64,000 nucleotides of DNA from Patescibacteria group bacterium (GCA_038206475.1 JBBRAU010000001.1:3317-67316); one strand, 5' to 3'; shown: positions 1 through 9,428, counted from the first letter of the stretch. Translations and numbers: made by a program. The notes: generated by a model from the sequence alone, not told the origin.

Positions 1-208
1 CGGTCAACACGTCAATTGGCTGACGCTTCTCAAACAGGCGGGTGATGGCTTCAAAGATCAGCTGGTGATCGGGGCGGTAGAAATCCTCCGGATTGACCAC
101 TTCGGCGATTTTAATAATCGCTTCGCCGTCCAGCATCAGCGCACCAATAACCGAGGTCTCAGCCTCGACGTTTTGCGGCGGAATCCTCACCGCAGCCTGT
201 GGCAGCAT
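1..208 (-). CDS. dnaB: Replicative DNA helicase DnaB, N-terminal part (gene continues beyond window start)
   Basis: Minus-strand translation MLPQAAVRIPPQNVEAETSVIGALMLDGEAIIKIAEVVNPEDFYRPDHQLIFEAITRL matches the conserved DnaB N-terminal domain (PPxNxEAEqSVLGa..LD, PEDFY..H..IF). Open to position 1. Confidence 0.75.
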   Translation of the reverse strand, partial: MLPQAAVRIPPQNVEAETSVIGALMLDGEAIIKIAEVVNPEDFYRPDHQLIFEAITRLFEKRQPIDVLT

Positions 209-402
209 CGTCACCACCGTGCTCGAACCACCGTCTCGCCGCCCATCACGATTCGACCGCACGGGGGACCCTTCTTTAGCCACAGCTCTCCTCACCCTTT
301 TTTATTGTCTGCACCTAGTCTAACAAACCGGTCAAGTGCCGATTTATCAACACGCTAGCGTCTGCGCTTTCCCCACCCTATCCCCAGCTTGTCCCCAATG
401 CA

Positions 403-2001
403 TCAACCAAGCGGTTGGCCGCCAAGGACGTCGTTGACTAGTTGATCAATATCTTCTTCAGCCGTGTTCGTATCAGCAGGTGCAACGACCGTGGCTTGAT
501 CAGCCAAGACCACCGTAACCAGGGTTGGACGGCCAAGCAGTGATGCCAGTGCCTCCTCAATAATCTGCCGGTTCTCGGCCTGGGCCAGTTTTTTCTGATG
601 AAAGCTGAATCTGACGATCAATTGCAGTTTACCATCCCGATCAGTGCCCGGATTAGCCTCACGCATGAGGGCCGCGACAGAGGTGTTTTTGGCCCGCAGT
701 AGTTCGAGTAAGGCAGGCCACTTGCTGGCCAGATCACCCGCTGGCGCGGCGACTGGCGGTGTGGTTGGAACATCATTGGCCAGGTTGGAAGCTCTGACTG
801 GTTCTTCAACAGACGCGACTTGAGGTACTACCGCTGTTTGCGCTATATCTGGCGGCCGCGGCACGGCGGCCACAGTTGGTCGCGGCGTGAGTTGCGGTCG
901 TGCAGGCGTTTCATTCGGTTGATGCAGTTTTAAGAGCAGCAACTCCAGCGGCAAAAATGGCAGCGGCGACTGTTTAATTTGGTTGCCAAGGTCGAGAATC
1001 TCGCGCAAGCCTTGTAGCAACACTGGCGCCGACCATGGCTTGGCCAGTGCCTGCAGCTGCTCAGCCTCTGCCGCAGTTACATTGAGAATGGTAGCGTTGA
1101 GCGTCGATTGGTAGTGCAGATGAAGCATGGCCTGCCAAAACAGCAGCAGTAACCGACCCACCTCCGGCGCCTGGGCTCCAGACGTCTCGAGTGCTCGCAG
1201 CCGCTGCAGCATCAGGCTGACGTCGCCGTCTGACAGTGCTTGAAGCACGCTAATGACCGCTTGGCGGTCGGGCAAACCGAGTGCCGCCGTAATGCCAGCC
1301 GCTGTCAGCGCGCCCGTTTGTTGATAAATCAAGGCCTGCTCCAACAGCGAGGCCGCGTCGCGGTGGCCGCCTGAGGCCTGCAACGCCAACAACTCAACCG
1401 CCGCCGGCTCAGCCACGCGTTGTTCACCGGCCAAAATGCGTTCCAAGCCAGCGACCGTTTCGGTCACATCAGCCGGGCGCAGATCGAAACGCTGGCAGCG
1501 CGATATAATCGTCGCCGGTACTTTGCTTACCTCGGTGGTCGCCAAAATAAACACGACGTGCGCTGGCGGCTCCTCAAGCGTCTTGAGGAGCGCATTCCAA
1601 GCCTCTTTGGTCAGCATGTGCACTTCGTCAATAATAAAGACCCGCCGCTTGCCCTGGCTGGGCTGCAGCGCCACCGTCTCTTTGAGAGCACGAATTTCGT
1701 CAATGCCACGGTTAGACGCAGCGTCAATTTCCAGCACATCTAAGTGATTGCCGGCCACCACGGCCAGGCAACTGTCGCAGGTCAAACAGGGCTCGCCGGT
1801 TTGAGCGTCAAAATTGCTGCAGTTGAGCGAAATAGCAATCAGTCGAGCGAGCGTCGTTTTGCCGATGCCGCGCGGACCAACAAACAGGTAGCTGCCGGCT
1901 GGTTTGCCTTCTTTTAGTCCCTGCTGGATGGTTTGCTTGGCGGCCGTGTGGCCAACCACATCAGCAAAGCGCTGCGGCCGGTACTGCCGGTAGAGCGCCA
2001 T
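403..2001 (-). CDS. dnaX: DNA polymerase III subunit tau/gamma
   Basis: N-terminus MALYRQYRPQRFADVVGH, Walker A GPRGIGKTT, zinc module CxxC..C, and DEVHML box. Confidence 0.9.
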   Translation of the reverse strand: MALYRQYRPQRFADVVGHTAAKQTIQQGLKEGKPAGSYLFVGPRGIGKTTLARLIAISLNCSNFDAQTGEPCLTCDSCLAVVAGNHLDVLEIDAASNRGIDEIRALKETVALQPSQGKRRVFIIDEVHMLTKEAWNALLKTLEEPPAHVVFILATTEVSKVPATIISRCQRFDLRPADVTETVAGLERILAGEQRVAEPAAVELLALQASGGHRDAASLLEQALIYQQTGALTAAGITAALGLPDRQAVISVLQALSDGDVSLMLQRLRALETSGAQAPEVGRLLLLFWQAMLHLHYQSTLNATILNVTAAEAEQLQALAKPWSAPVLLQGLREILDLGNQIKQSPLPFLPLELLLLKLHQPNETPARPQLTPRPTVAAVPRPPDIAQTAVVPQVASVEEPVRASNLANDVPTTPPVAAPAGDLASKWPALLELLRAKNTSVAALMREANPGTDRDGKLQLIVRFSFHQKKLAQAENRQIIEEALASLLGRPTLVTVVLADQATVVAPADTNTAEEDIDQLVNDVLGGQPLG

Positions 2002-2112
2002 AAAACCTCCCTTACCTCTCGTGTGGCGTATCGAGCTGGCGTGAGGGCGCCAAGTTGATATGTCTTGACCCTACCCGTCGCTCTGGCGGCTGACAAGGCC
2101 AACAACTAACTC

Positions 2113-2121
2113 TGATATACT
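2113..2121 (+). promoter_or_regulatory. Extended -10 element TGaTATACT, 6 nt upstream of the ATG at 2128 (probable leaderless transcript)
   Basis: tgatatact at 2113-2121; no Shine-Dalgarno sequence between it and the ATG. Confidence 0.4.
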
Positions 2122-2127
2122 TAGGTC

Positions 2128-3300
2128 ATGAATGAGGAGCGGGCAGAGCATCAGGCGCTAGACCGGGCAATTGTTGATGCCGTCTTTTTGACCCTCCAAA
2201 ACAGCGGGCAGGCCGAACTGCCGTTTCTCGGCCGCTTCACATTAACCGAGAGGAGTTTGCGGTTTACACCTAACTCTCGGCTCGTAACTCGTCTGCCAGA
2301 GCCGCATCGTCACAGCCAGCCCGCGGTGGTCCTGCCGCTACTGGCCCAGTTGCTAGCTGAATTGAGCTCGATTGAGGCCGTGGAGGTGCTCGTAGAACCG
2401 ACACGAGTTCGTCTGATTGGCGAGTCGGGATCCCAGACTTTGGCGATCTATCCTGAACGCTTAGGAGAGCTTCTTATAGCCACGCTGCTATCACCGGCCG
2501 GCCAGCAGCTTAGTCGTCAAGCCGGTCTCAAGCTATCCTGGCAAGCTTGGCCCGCCCATCGGCCGCAGCTGCTGACCGCCAGCCTGCCGGCTGGGCAGCC
2601 AACAAGCTACGACCTGCTGCCAACCGGACAGCAGCTCTGGCGCCAGCTTGAACCGACGCTCAGCCAAAGTTTGGTAATCATCAGCGGCCCGGCGCCAGCC
2701 CGCCAGGCCGCTAAACGACTGGTGACCGACATCTACCGCAAGCGCGGTTTCGCCCCTCGCCAGCTCAGTTACCAAGAGCCCGAGCTACACCTCTTAGATC
2801 ACGCTGGCAGCGACGGACAGCTGCTGCTTTGGCCTGGCAGTCTCAGCCCGGCAGAGCTGCCGATTATCGCTCGCCTGCAGCAGGCCAATCGACCACTTTT
2901 GGCCGAGAGCCGACCAGTCCGAGACGGCCACTGGCAGCGCCTCTGGCAACGTTTGCCGGAGCTGGCGCGGCTGCGCCAGCAAGTTCCGCTCACCACCCTT
3001 CAGGTCGAACTGCTGCCAAAACAGTGCACCGAATGTAGTCACCCAGATCACCTGGTCAGCCGCAAATTGCTCGACGCCATTCAGGCAATGCCGCCCGGTC
3101 TCAGCGAGCGCTTCCGGCTTGACCGGCCGCAACTCAAGCGCAATCGCGGCTGCCAGACCTGCGCCGCTCGGCCCAATAACTGGTTGGCTGTTTCGGTCAC
3201 TTCGACATTGCCAGCTGCAGAACCGTGGCTCAGCCTGCCGCACCAGCGTTTAATCGCTATCTGCCACGGCCAGGTGCCCAGCTCAGCGTATAGTTCATGA
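2128..3300 (+). CDS. Hypothetical protein (390 aa) with C-terminal CxxC-x37-CxxC
   Basis: Long ORF with coding-like codon usage. No recognised catalytic motifs. N-terminal LPFLGRFTLTERSLRFTP is weakly reminiscent of an HU/IHF arm. Confidence 0.55.
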   Translation: MNEERAEHQALDRAIVDAVFLTLQNSGQAELPFLGRFTLTERSLRFTPNSRLVTRLPEPHRHSQPAVVLPLLAQLLAELSSIEAVEVLVEPTRVRLIGESGSQTLAIYPERLGELLIATLLSPAGQQLSRQAGLKLSWQAWPAHRPQLLTASLPAGQPTSYDLLPTGQQLWRQLEPTLSQSLVIISGPAPARQAAKRLVTDIYRKRGFAPRQLSYQEPELHLLDHAGSDGQLLLWPGSLSPAELPIIARLQQANRPLLAESRPVRDGHWQRLWQRLPELARLRQQVPLTTLQVELLPKQCTECSHPDHLVSRKLLDAIQAMPPGLSERFRLDRPQLKRNRGCQTCAARPNNWLAVSVTSTLPAAEPWLSLPHQRLIAICHGQVPSSAYSS

Positions 3301-3402
3301 TAATTTAACATACCGCGTTAAATACGGTCACACCGTCGGATCATTTTATGGCTTAGGCGCCAATTTTAAAGTAAGAACCTGTCACTTCGTGCCAGAACCT
3401 TT

Positions 3403-4515
3403 TTACGCGCTCACGCGGTAATAGACGACGTCGTCCGGCCGCATGACGTAGTCGCGGCCTTCAAGGCGCACCTTACCCGCCGTCCGAGCCCCGGACCAGC
3501 CGCCGAGCGCAATAAAATCAGCGTAAGCCGTCACTTCAGCCTTAACAAATTTCTTTTTAAAATCGGTGTGAATTTCGGCCGCGGCATCTTCAGCCGTTGT
3601 GCCGGCGGCAATCGTCCAAGCCCGCGCCTCAAGCTCTCCGGCCGTATAAAAGGATTGCAAACCAAGCAAGCGGTAGGCCGCCTGGATCAGACGATCCAGC
3701 CCTGACCGTTTCAGACCGAGCATACTCAGATACTCCGGCTGCTCGGCTGCTGGTAAACTGGCCAGCTCAGCCTCCACCTTGGCCGACAGCGGCAGTAGCG
3801 TTTCCGCCGTCAGCCCACCTTCGGCTAGATGACTGGCGACCAGCACCTGCTCGGCCGACTCCCCCGCCTGCTCTTCACCAACATTGGCCACATAGAGCAT
3901 TTGTTTGGCGGTCAGTAGCTGCAGCTCGCGTCGATACGGTTCTTCCTCTGGCTCCAAATCAACCGACCGGACTGGCCGTTCAGCTAAAACGGCCTCTGCC
4001 AGTTTGTGGTAGACCGTTGCCCGCGCGACTGCCTCCTTGCTCGCCCCCGCCCCCTTCAAGGCGCTATCGGCCCGCTGGACGGCTTTCTCGAGGCTCTGCA
4101 TATCGGCCAACAGCAGCTCCAGGCCAATCGTCGCTACATCATCAACCGGGTTTGGTGCCCCGGATACGTGGATGACGTTTGGGTCGGCAAACACCCTCAC
4201 CACTTGGGCAATGGCGGCACACTCGCGGATATGGCTCAAAAAGGCATTGCCCAGTCCCTCGCCTTTGTGCGCACCAGCCACCAGGCCGGCAATATCAATA
4301 AAAGTGACAGTGGCTGGCACGATCCGACCAGACTTGGCCACGCGCGCCAGCTCGGTCAGTTTGTCGTCCGGCACCGCCACCACGCCGGTGTTTGGCTCAA
4401 TCGTGCAGAACGGAAAATTGGCCGCTTCGGCCTGGGCGGTTTTGACGAGCGCATTAAATAACGTCGATTTCCCGACGTTCGGCAGCCCGACCAGACCAAT
4501 AGAGACAGTTGACAT
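3403..4515 (-). CDS. ychF: Ribosome-binding ATPase YchF (Obg-family GTPase)
   Basis: G1 motif GLVGLPNVGKSTLFNAL; length (370 aa) and C-terminal TGS-like region. Confidence 0.9.
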   Translation of the reverse strand: MSTVSIGLVGLPNVGKSTLFNALVKTAQAEAANFPFCTIEPNTGVVAVPDDKLTELARVAKSGRIVPATVTFIDIAGLVAGAHKGEGLGNAFLSHIRECAAIAQVVRVFADPNVIHVSGAPNPVDDVATIGLELLLADMQSLEKAVQRADSALKGAGASKEAVARATVYHKLAEAVLAERPVRSVDLEPEEEPYRRELQLLTAKQMLYVANVGEEQAGESAEQVLVASHLAEGGLTAETLLPLSAKVEAELASLPAAEQPEYLSMLGLKRSGLDRLIQAAYRLLGLQSFYTAGELEARAWTIAAGTTAEDAAAEIHTDFKKKFVKAEVTAYADFIALGGWSGARTAGKVRLEGRDYVMRPDDVVYYRVSA

Positions 4516-4554
4516 GACCTATTTTTAACAGATTTCAAGCCACGGGTCGACTGG

Positions 4555-5499
4555 CTACGCCTTCTGTGGACGGTCGAGGCCGACGTGGACTTGGCTGGCG
4601 GCCGGTACTTTAGCTTTGACCGCGGTTTGAATACGGCGGATGACGCCTTCGATTGTGCGGGTAGACAGGCATGTGGCAAGTGTAATTTCGACATCGATCA
4701 AAATTTGCTCAGGGCCAAGGTACATGGTTTGCAGGTCAACGATATCTTTTACTTCTGGCACACTCAGCACGGCCCGGCGAATCTCGGTCAGCGCCGTACT
4801 ACCCGCGGCGCGGCCGATCAGTAGCTCTTTCACCTCAACCGCCAGCAGCCAAGCCAAGGTGGCGATGGTCAAGCCAATCACAATGGCGCCGAAGCCATCG
4901 TAGCGGACATTGCCGGTCATGAGCGTCGCCAACAGCGCGATCAGGCCAAAAGTAGCCGAGACAGTGCCCATCAAATCAAGCACCAGGGTGACTTTGGTTT
5001 CAATGTACGGCGAGCGGGTGATGGCCTCAGTCAGCTTCAGCTCTGGCGACGGCGCGTGCAGCCGCCGCAAACTGAGTGACAAGGCATAACTGTTACTGAC
5101 AAGGCCAACCAATACAACCGCTAGTGCCAGCGGGATACTCTGCAGCGGTACGGGATGCAGCAAATGCTGTAGGCCGCTCCAGACGGACATGGTGGCGCTG
5201 CCGGCCAACATGACCAATGTCGAAATGAGCGTCCAAAAGTACAGTTCGCGGCCGCGGCCGTAAGGGTATTTGCGTCCGCCTGGACGCTTGGCTTGGCGCA
5301 GACCAATAAGGAGTAAACCAGTGGCCAAAAGGTCGCTTGCTCCCTGCAAGCTCTCGGCCAACATAACAGCACTGCTGGACAGGATAGCCACGGCCAAATT
5401 GAGCACTACATCCAAAAAATCCACCGCAAAGGAGGCGAGAACAACGCGGTGAGCACTGAGCGGTTTAGCCATTTCCTTTAGTCTAGCAGCCTTCCGCAC
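4555..5499 (-). CDS. Cation diffusion facilitator family transporter
   Basis: Six TM helices followed by a C-terminal cytoplasmic domain. CDF-like TM2 motif SLAVAILSSSAVMLAESL. Confidence 0.8.
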   Translation of the reverse strand: MRKAARLKEMAKPLSAHRVVLASFAVDFLDVVLNLAVAILSSSAVMLAESLQGASDLLATGLLLIGLRQAKRPGGRKYPYGRGRELYFWTLISTLVMLAGSATMSVWSGLQHLLHPVPLQSIPLALAVVLVGLVSNSYALSLSLRRLHAPSPELKLTEAITRSPYIETKVTLVLDLMGTVSATFGLIALLATLMTGNVRYDGFGAIVIGLTIATLAWLLAVEVKELLIGRAAGSTALTEIRRAVLSVPEVKDIVDLQTMYLGPEQILIDVEITLATCLSTRTIEGVIRRIQTAVKAKVPAASQVHVGLDRPQKA

Positions 5500-5590
5500 C
5501 TTGCGTTACTCTCCATTTTTTGATAAAGTTTACCCTTGTATTTGCACCAAGCCGTCACTTATCGTCTTTTATTTTGGCCGGAGGGCTGAA

Positions 5591-5734
5591 ATGTTCGCGA
5601 GCGTCTTTCCCGTTCTGTTCTGCGCCTCGCTCATCACCTGTCTCGTCGCCATACTGAGCCGTCATGGCAACGCCCAGAGCATTCAGCCAGAAGAGCCAAC
5701 ACCCAGCACAATGCGAAAAATCAACACGAATTGA
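5591..5734 (+). CDS. Small membrane protein (47 aa)
   Basis: SD GGAGGG 5 nt before the ATG. Single hydrophobic helix. Intrinsic terminator directly downstream. Confidence 0.35.
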   Translation: MFASVFPVLFCASLITCLVAILSRHGNAQSIQPEEPTPSTMRKINTN

Positions 5735-5738
5735 CATC

Positions 5739-5768
5739 GACCGGGCAGCTCCATCGCCCGGTTTTTCT
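5739..5768 (+). terminator. Rho-independent terminator
   Basis: Hairpin gaccgggc..gcccggt followed by a T-run. Confidence 0.5.
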
Positions 5769-5911
5769 ATAGCAGCCTTTGTAGAACCCCGAGCAGTGGC
5801 TCGATGGCAACATCGAGGCTAATAAAAACTAGCCTCCTGTGCAAATAGAGCAGGCTCCCAGTGCAAGGTAGGGGGAAGTTCAGGGCATATTATCATGATT
5901 AGTATGAGAAC

Positions 5912-5940
5912 TTGACAAACTTACTTGTCAAGAGTATACT
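5912..5940 (+). promoter_or_regulatory. Near-consensus sigma70-type promoter (TTGACA-17-TATACT) with inverted repeat TTGACAA-N6-TTGTCAA overlapping the -35
   Basis: ttgacaa acttac ttgtcaa at 5912-5931; tatact at 5935-5940; AAGGAGG SD at 5957-5963 and the ATG at 5973 follow. Confidence 0.6.
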
Positions 5941-5972
5941 AATATAATCGTCTGTAAGGAGGGCGAGAAGAG

Positions 5973-6194
5973 ATGGCACATGCCACCGTACATATCAAAA
6001 CCAAATACATTCCGGACCCCATGGTTCCGATTGTCCACGCCGCACATGTTGTCGGTGAAGGCAAAATCGAGTCTATTAAAAAATTTTTGAAAGCTGACGG
6101 CCAAGCCGAAGATCCCACCGGCAGCCGACTTGAGCGTATGCGTATGGAACGTGCCCTGCGCGCCTTGTATCCAAAAGGGAGGGCACCAGTGTAA
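5973..6194 (+). CDS. Small hypothetical protein (73 aa), likely highly expressed
   Basis: Strong promoter, strong SD, and an intrinsic terminator 15 nt after the stop. No Cys; basic C-terminus. Confidence 0.55.
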   Translation: MAHATVHIKTKYIPDPMVPIVHAAHVVGEGKIESIKKFLKADGQAEDPTGSRLERMRMERALRALYPKGRAPV

Positions 6195-6206
6195 TACGCA
6201 CTTAAG

Positions 6207-6237
6207 AAAAGCGGACGAGCAATCGTCCGCTTTTTGG
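6207..6237. terminator. Bidirectional intrinsic terminator (A-tract, hairpin, T-tract) between convergent small genes
   Basis: aaaa gcggacg agcaa tcgtccgc ttttt. Confidence 0.6.
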
Positions 6238-6238
6238 A

Positions 6239-6382
6239 TTACGGCAGAGCGCGAAGAGAAAAACGCTCAGCCAGCTGGGAGTAGTCGTGGCGGATGAGCA
6301 GGATTATCACCGCAATCAGCACGGCCATGAGCACGCAGAACAGTAACGCAAATCTTACTATAGTCTTCTCGTTTAGTTCCAT
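6239..6382 (-). CDS. Small membrane protein (47 aa)
   Basis: GGAGGTGG SD 2 nt before the ATG. One TM helix (FALLFCVLMAVLIAVIILLI). Immediately downstream of the xer gene. Confidence 0.35.
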   Translation of the reverse strand: MELNEKTIVRFALLFCVLMAVLIAVIILLIRHDYSQLAERFSLRALP

Positions 6383-6464
6383 CGCCACCTCCAAAAAGAA
6401 CAATGTGGCCCGATCGGACCGGTGACTTAGTGCGAAGATAATTGTAGCAAATCGTCAGGCGCAA

Positions 6465-7442
6465 TCAATCTTCAGTTGTCTCACCCGGTTTATTATCCGG
6501 TTCGTCCGCTGCGCTTTTTCGCCTGCGATGAAAGGCCTGGTGCACCTCTTTCAAGTGTTGGTTGGTTAAGTGAGTGTAGACCTGTGTGGTCGTGACCGAG
6601 GAATGGCCGAGCATCTCTTGCACGCTGCGCAGGTCTGCGCCGTTTACGAGCAAGTCAGTGGCCATCGAATGGCGCAGGGCATGGGGAAAAACGCGCTTCG
6701 TAATGCCGGCCTGCTGCGCCGCTTGGTCAACGATGCGCTCAATGGCGCGCACTGACAAGCCGCCCGACTGGTCTATTTCCAATGCCGGGCCGGTTTTGGT
6801 GTGACGAATAAACAACGCGGGGTCGTCGTCCTGACGAGCAGACAAGTACCGGCCGAGGTGAAACGCGGCGTCCTGGGATAAGAAGACAATGCGCTCTTTT
6901 TTGCCTTTGCCAATGACGCTGAACTCGCCGCGTTCCAGGTTTATATTTTTGCTCCCCAACCTGGCCAACTCTGATACGCGCAGGCCGGTTGAATAGAGCA
7001 TCTCCAAAATAGCGCGGTTCCTAAGGCTCGCTATACCGTCGCCGCCGTAGGCGTGCATCAACTGTTCAACTTCATCATTTTCCAAAAACTGGATTTGTCG
7101 CGGTTCGGCTTTACCCAGGTCCAGCTGGTCAGGGGCCAACACCGTTCGGCCGCGCTTGACCAGGTAGCGCAAGAAGGTTCGAATGGCGATGACGTGGTAG
7201 TTTTGCGTTACTTTTTTTAGCGGTTCACCTTGCTCGTCACGGTAGCGGTTTAGCCACACGCGAAAACCGGTCACGAGCTCCTCGGTGATAGCCTCGACGC
7301 TACCGACCCCTTTAGCCTCAACAAAATCAAGAAAGCGGTGTAGGTAGTGGCGGTAATTGCGGATGGTTAAATCAGATTTTTGCTCGGCCACCTCTAAGTA
7401 GATGTAAAAGTCGTCGAGGTCTTTTTTGATGCCGCTGCTCAT
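6465..7442 (-). CDS. Tyrosine recombinase XerC/XerD family
   Basis: C-terminal catalytic R..HxxR..Y motifs (LRHSMATDLL, HSSVTTTQVYTH). Has an N-terminal SAM-like domain and an acidic, basic-rich C-terminal tail. Confidence 0.85.
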   Translation of the reverse strand: MSSGIKKDLDDFYIYLEVAEQKSDLTIRNYRHYLHRFLDFVEAKGVGSVEAITEELVTGFRVWLNRYRDEQGEPLKKVTQNYHVIAIRTFLRYLVKRGRTVLAPDQLDLGKAEPRQIQFLENDEVEQLMHAYGGDGIASLRNRAILEMLYSTGLRVSELARLGSKNINLERGEFSVIGKGKKERIVFLSQDAAFHLGRYLSARQDDDPALFIRHTKTGPALEIDQSGGLSVRAIERIVDQAAQQAGITKRVFPHALRHSMATDLLVNGADLRSVQEMLGHSSVTTTQVYTHLTNQHLKEVHQAFHRRRKSAADEPDNKPGETTED

Positions 7443-7537
7443 ACCAACATTGTACGGCGTTTTTTAACTGGCCACCAGCACCCAATTGTTGTATAGTGCA
7501 ACGGCTTTGCGCCACCGACCTGAACAGGAGGATAGAC

Positions 7538-8014
7538 GTGATCCAAATCGAGCCAGACAAGATTCACGCCTTCGCCAAAGAGCTCGAGGCTGTCGTCACA
7601 GAAATGATGTGGTACTTCTCGGTCGCCAGATTTCATGCTCGCCCTGAGCATTGGTCTCGTCCTGCCGATGAGCCCGATGTGACGGAAATGTTCCGGCGAT
7701 TATTCCCAGCCAGCAACATCGACGGTCTCTATCGCGGACTGAACGGCAAATGGTACATTCATCACTATCACCCGACGAACAAGTGGGAAGAAGTCACCAT
7801 GCCGGCTCTCGTCTCACAGTTTGGAGCTGAGAAACTGGCGTTGAGCATCTTCAGCGAGCTCAGCCGTATCGAAGGGCCGGTGCGGATTGATGAGTTAGGC
7901 GCACTGCACGCACTTGAGAACAGGTTGCGCGCTGTCCTAATCGAAGCACAACGAGCCGACGCTCTGGCCAAGAAAGCCGCTGAAGCCGAACTGGCAAATC
8001 TTCCAACCGCCTAA
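7538..8014 (+). CDS. Hypothetical protein (158 aa from GTG)
   Basis: AGGAGG SD 6 nt before the GTG at 7538; the track ORF begins at 7496. Terminator follows. Confidence 0.45.
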   Translation: MIQIEPDKIHAFAKELEAVVTEMMWYFSVARFHARPEHWSRPADEPDVTEMFRRLFPASNIDGLYRGLNGKWYIHHYHPTNKWEEVTMPALVSQFGAEKLALSIFSELSRIEGPVRIDELGALHALENRLRAVLIEAQRADALAKKAAEAELANLPTA

Positions 8015-8020
8015 CCCACA

Positions 8021-8050
8021 CCGCCGGAGGCCTCACCTCCGGTTTTTTTG
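8021..8050 (+). terminator. Rho-independent terminator
   Basis: ccggagg cctcac ctccgg followed by T7. Confidence 0.6.
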
Positions 8051-8087
8051 TATCGACGAGCAAGCGCTTCTGCTGTACTATTGAGTC

Positions 8088-8642
8088 ATGATCCCTTGGC
8101 AGCAGACGTTTGACCGCAGCGCCTCGCTTTACTTAAACACGCTGGCGCGTGACCAGTTTTGGTTCAGAGTTGCCACCATCTTCTTTGCCCGATACGCCAT
8201 TTTGTTTTTCTTGGTGGCCATTATGTACCTGTTCTGGAAGAAGAAAGTGCAAGCCGTCTTTGTGACGCTGATGGCCGTTGGCCTTGGCTTCTTTACCGAG
8301 TACCTCATCAGCATGTTTCGCAGCCGTCCGCGGCCGTTTCTGGTCCACACCGACATCTTGAAACTGGACCCGGTCTCCGGCACCATCAGCTCCTTCCCCA
8401 GCTCGCACGCCGTAATTGTTTTTGCCGTCGCCACGGCTATTTTGCTTTATGGCCACAAAAAGCTCGGCAGCGTCATGCTGGTGCTTGCCGTGTTGGTGTC
8501 TATTGCCCGCATTGCCGCCGGCGTCCACTATCCAAGCGACGTTGTGGTTGGCGCGATCCTCGGCGCCTTAATGGGCTACTTGAGCAAGTTATTTGTCGAA
8601 ATGGCGCTGGGCCACTCTGAAAGTCCGCGCGGGAGCCTGTAA
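8088..8642 (+). CDS. PAP2-family phosphatase (likely undecaprenyl-diphosphate or lipid phosphatase)
   Basis: PAP2 motifs KX6RP (FRSRPRPF), PSGH (PSSHAV), and SRX5HX3D (ARIAAGVHYPSDV). Confidence 0.8.
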   Translation: MIPWQQTFDRSASLYLNTLARDQFWFRVATIFFARYAILFFLVAIMYLFWKKKVQAVFVTLMAVGLGFFTEYLISMFRSRPRPFLVHTDILKLDPVSGTISSFPSSHAVIVFAVATAILLYGHKKLGSVMLVLAVLVSIARIAAGVHYPSDVVVGAILGALMGYLSKLFVEMALGHSESPRGSL

Positions 8643-9422
8643 ATGTTTCAAGCCCTTGTTTTAGGCGTTGTCCAAGGCCTAGCCGAGTTTTTGCCCATAT
8701 CAAGTTCTGGCCATCTCGTTTTGGTCCGCTGGCTGCTTGATTGGCCGGATCAAGGCCTATTTTTTGACGTCGCCCTGCACATGGGCACGTTGGTCGCCTT
8801 ACTGTTGGTATTTTGGCCCGACTGGCTGCGCCTAATCAAAGCTGGCTTCAGTCGCGCCAATAGCGTTGAGCGACGCCTATTTTGGACGCTGGCTCTGGCC
8901 TCTATCCCCGGCGGCATCGCCGGCGCCTTGCTTGAAAAAAAGGCCGAGACGGCCTTTCGCCATCCGGTCCCGATCGCCATAGCTTTGATTGTCTTTGGCC
9001 TGCTGCTGCTCGGCGCTGAGCGCTGGCAGGGCAGGGTGAAACAGCCTGGCGTCAGTCAAGGCTTATGGATTGGTCTGGCCCAAGCGATCGCCGTTGTACC
9101 GGGCGTCTCCCGCTCCGGTATCACCTTGACCGCCGGCATGGCGTTGGGGTTGGAGCGTGAGGTGGCCGCCCGCTTCTCTTTTTTGCTGGCGACACCCATT
9201 ATCGCCGGCGCTGGCCTAAAGACGCTGCTTGACCTGCACTCAGCCGGCACCAGTTTGCCGGCTGGCCCAACCGTAACCGGCTTCTTGGCGGCGGCTGTGT
9301 CTGGCTACCTCGTCATCCGCTGGTTCCTGACCTACATTAACCAACACTCCGTGCGTATCTTCACCTGGTACCGCGTACTGTTTGGCCTGCTAGTGATCGC
9401 TGTCGCCCTACAGCGCGGCTAA
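8643..9422 (+). CDS. uppP: Undecaprenyl-diphosphatase UppP/BacA
   Basis: ISSSGHL N-terminal motif, GxSRSG motif (GVSRSGITL), and eight TM helices. Starts one nt after the PAP2 stop. Confidence 0.9.
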   Translation: MFQALVLGVVQGLAEFLPISSSGHLVLVRWLLDWPDQGLFFDVALHMGTLVALLLVFWPDWLRLIKAGFSRANSVERRLFWTLALASIPGGIAGALLEKKAETAFRHPVPIAIALIVFGLLLLGAERWQGRVKQPGVSQGLWIGLAQAIAVVPGVSRSGITLTAGMALGLEREVAARFSFLLATPIIAGAGLKTLLDLHSAGTSLPAGPTVTGFLAAAVSGYLVIRWFLTYINQHSVRIFTWYRVLFGLLVIAVALQRG

Positions 9423-9428
9423 AACGCC

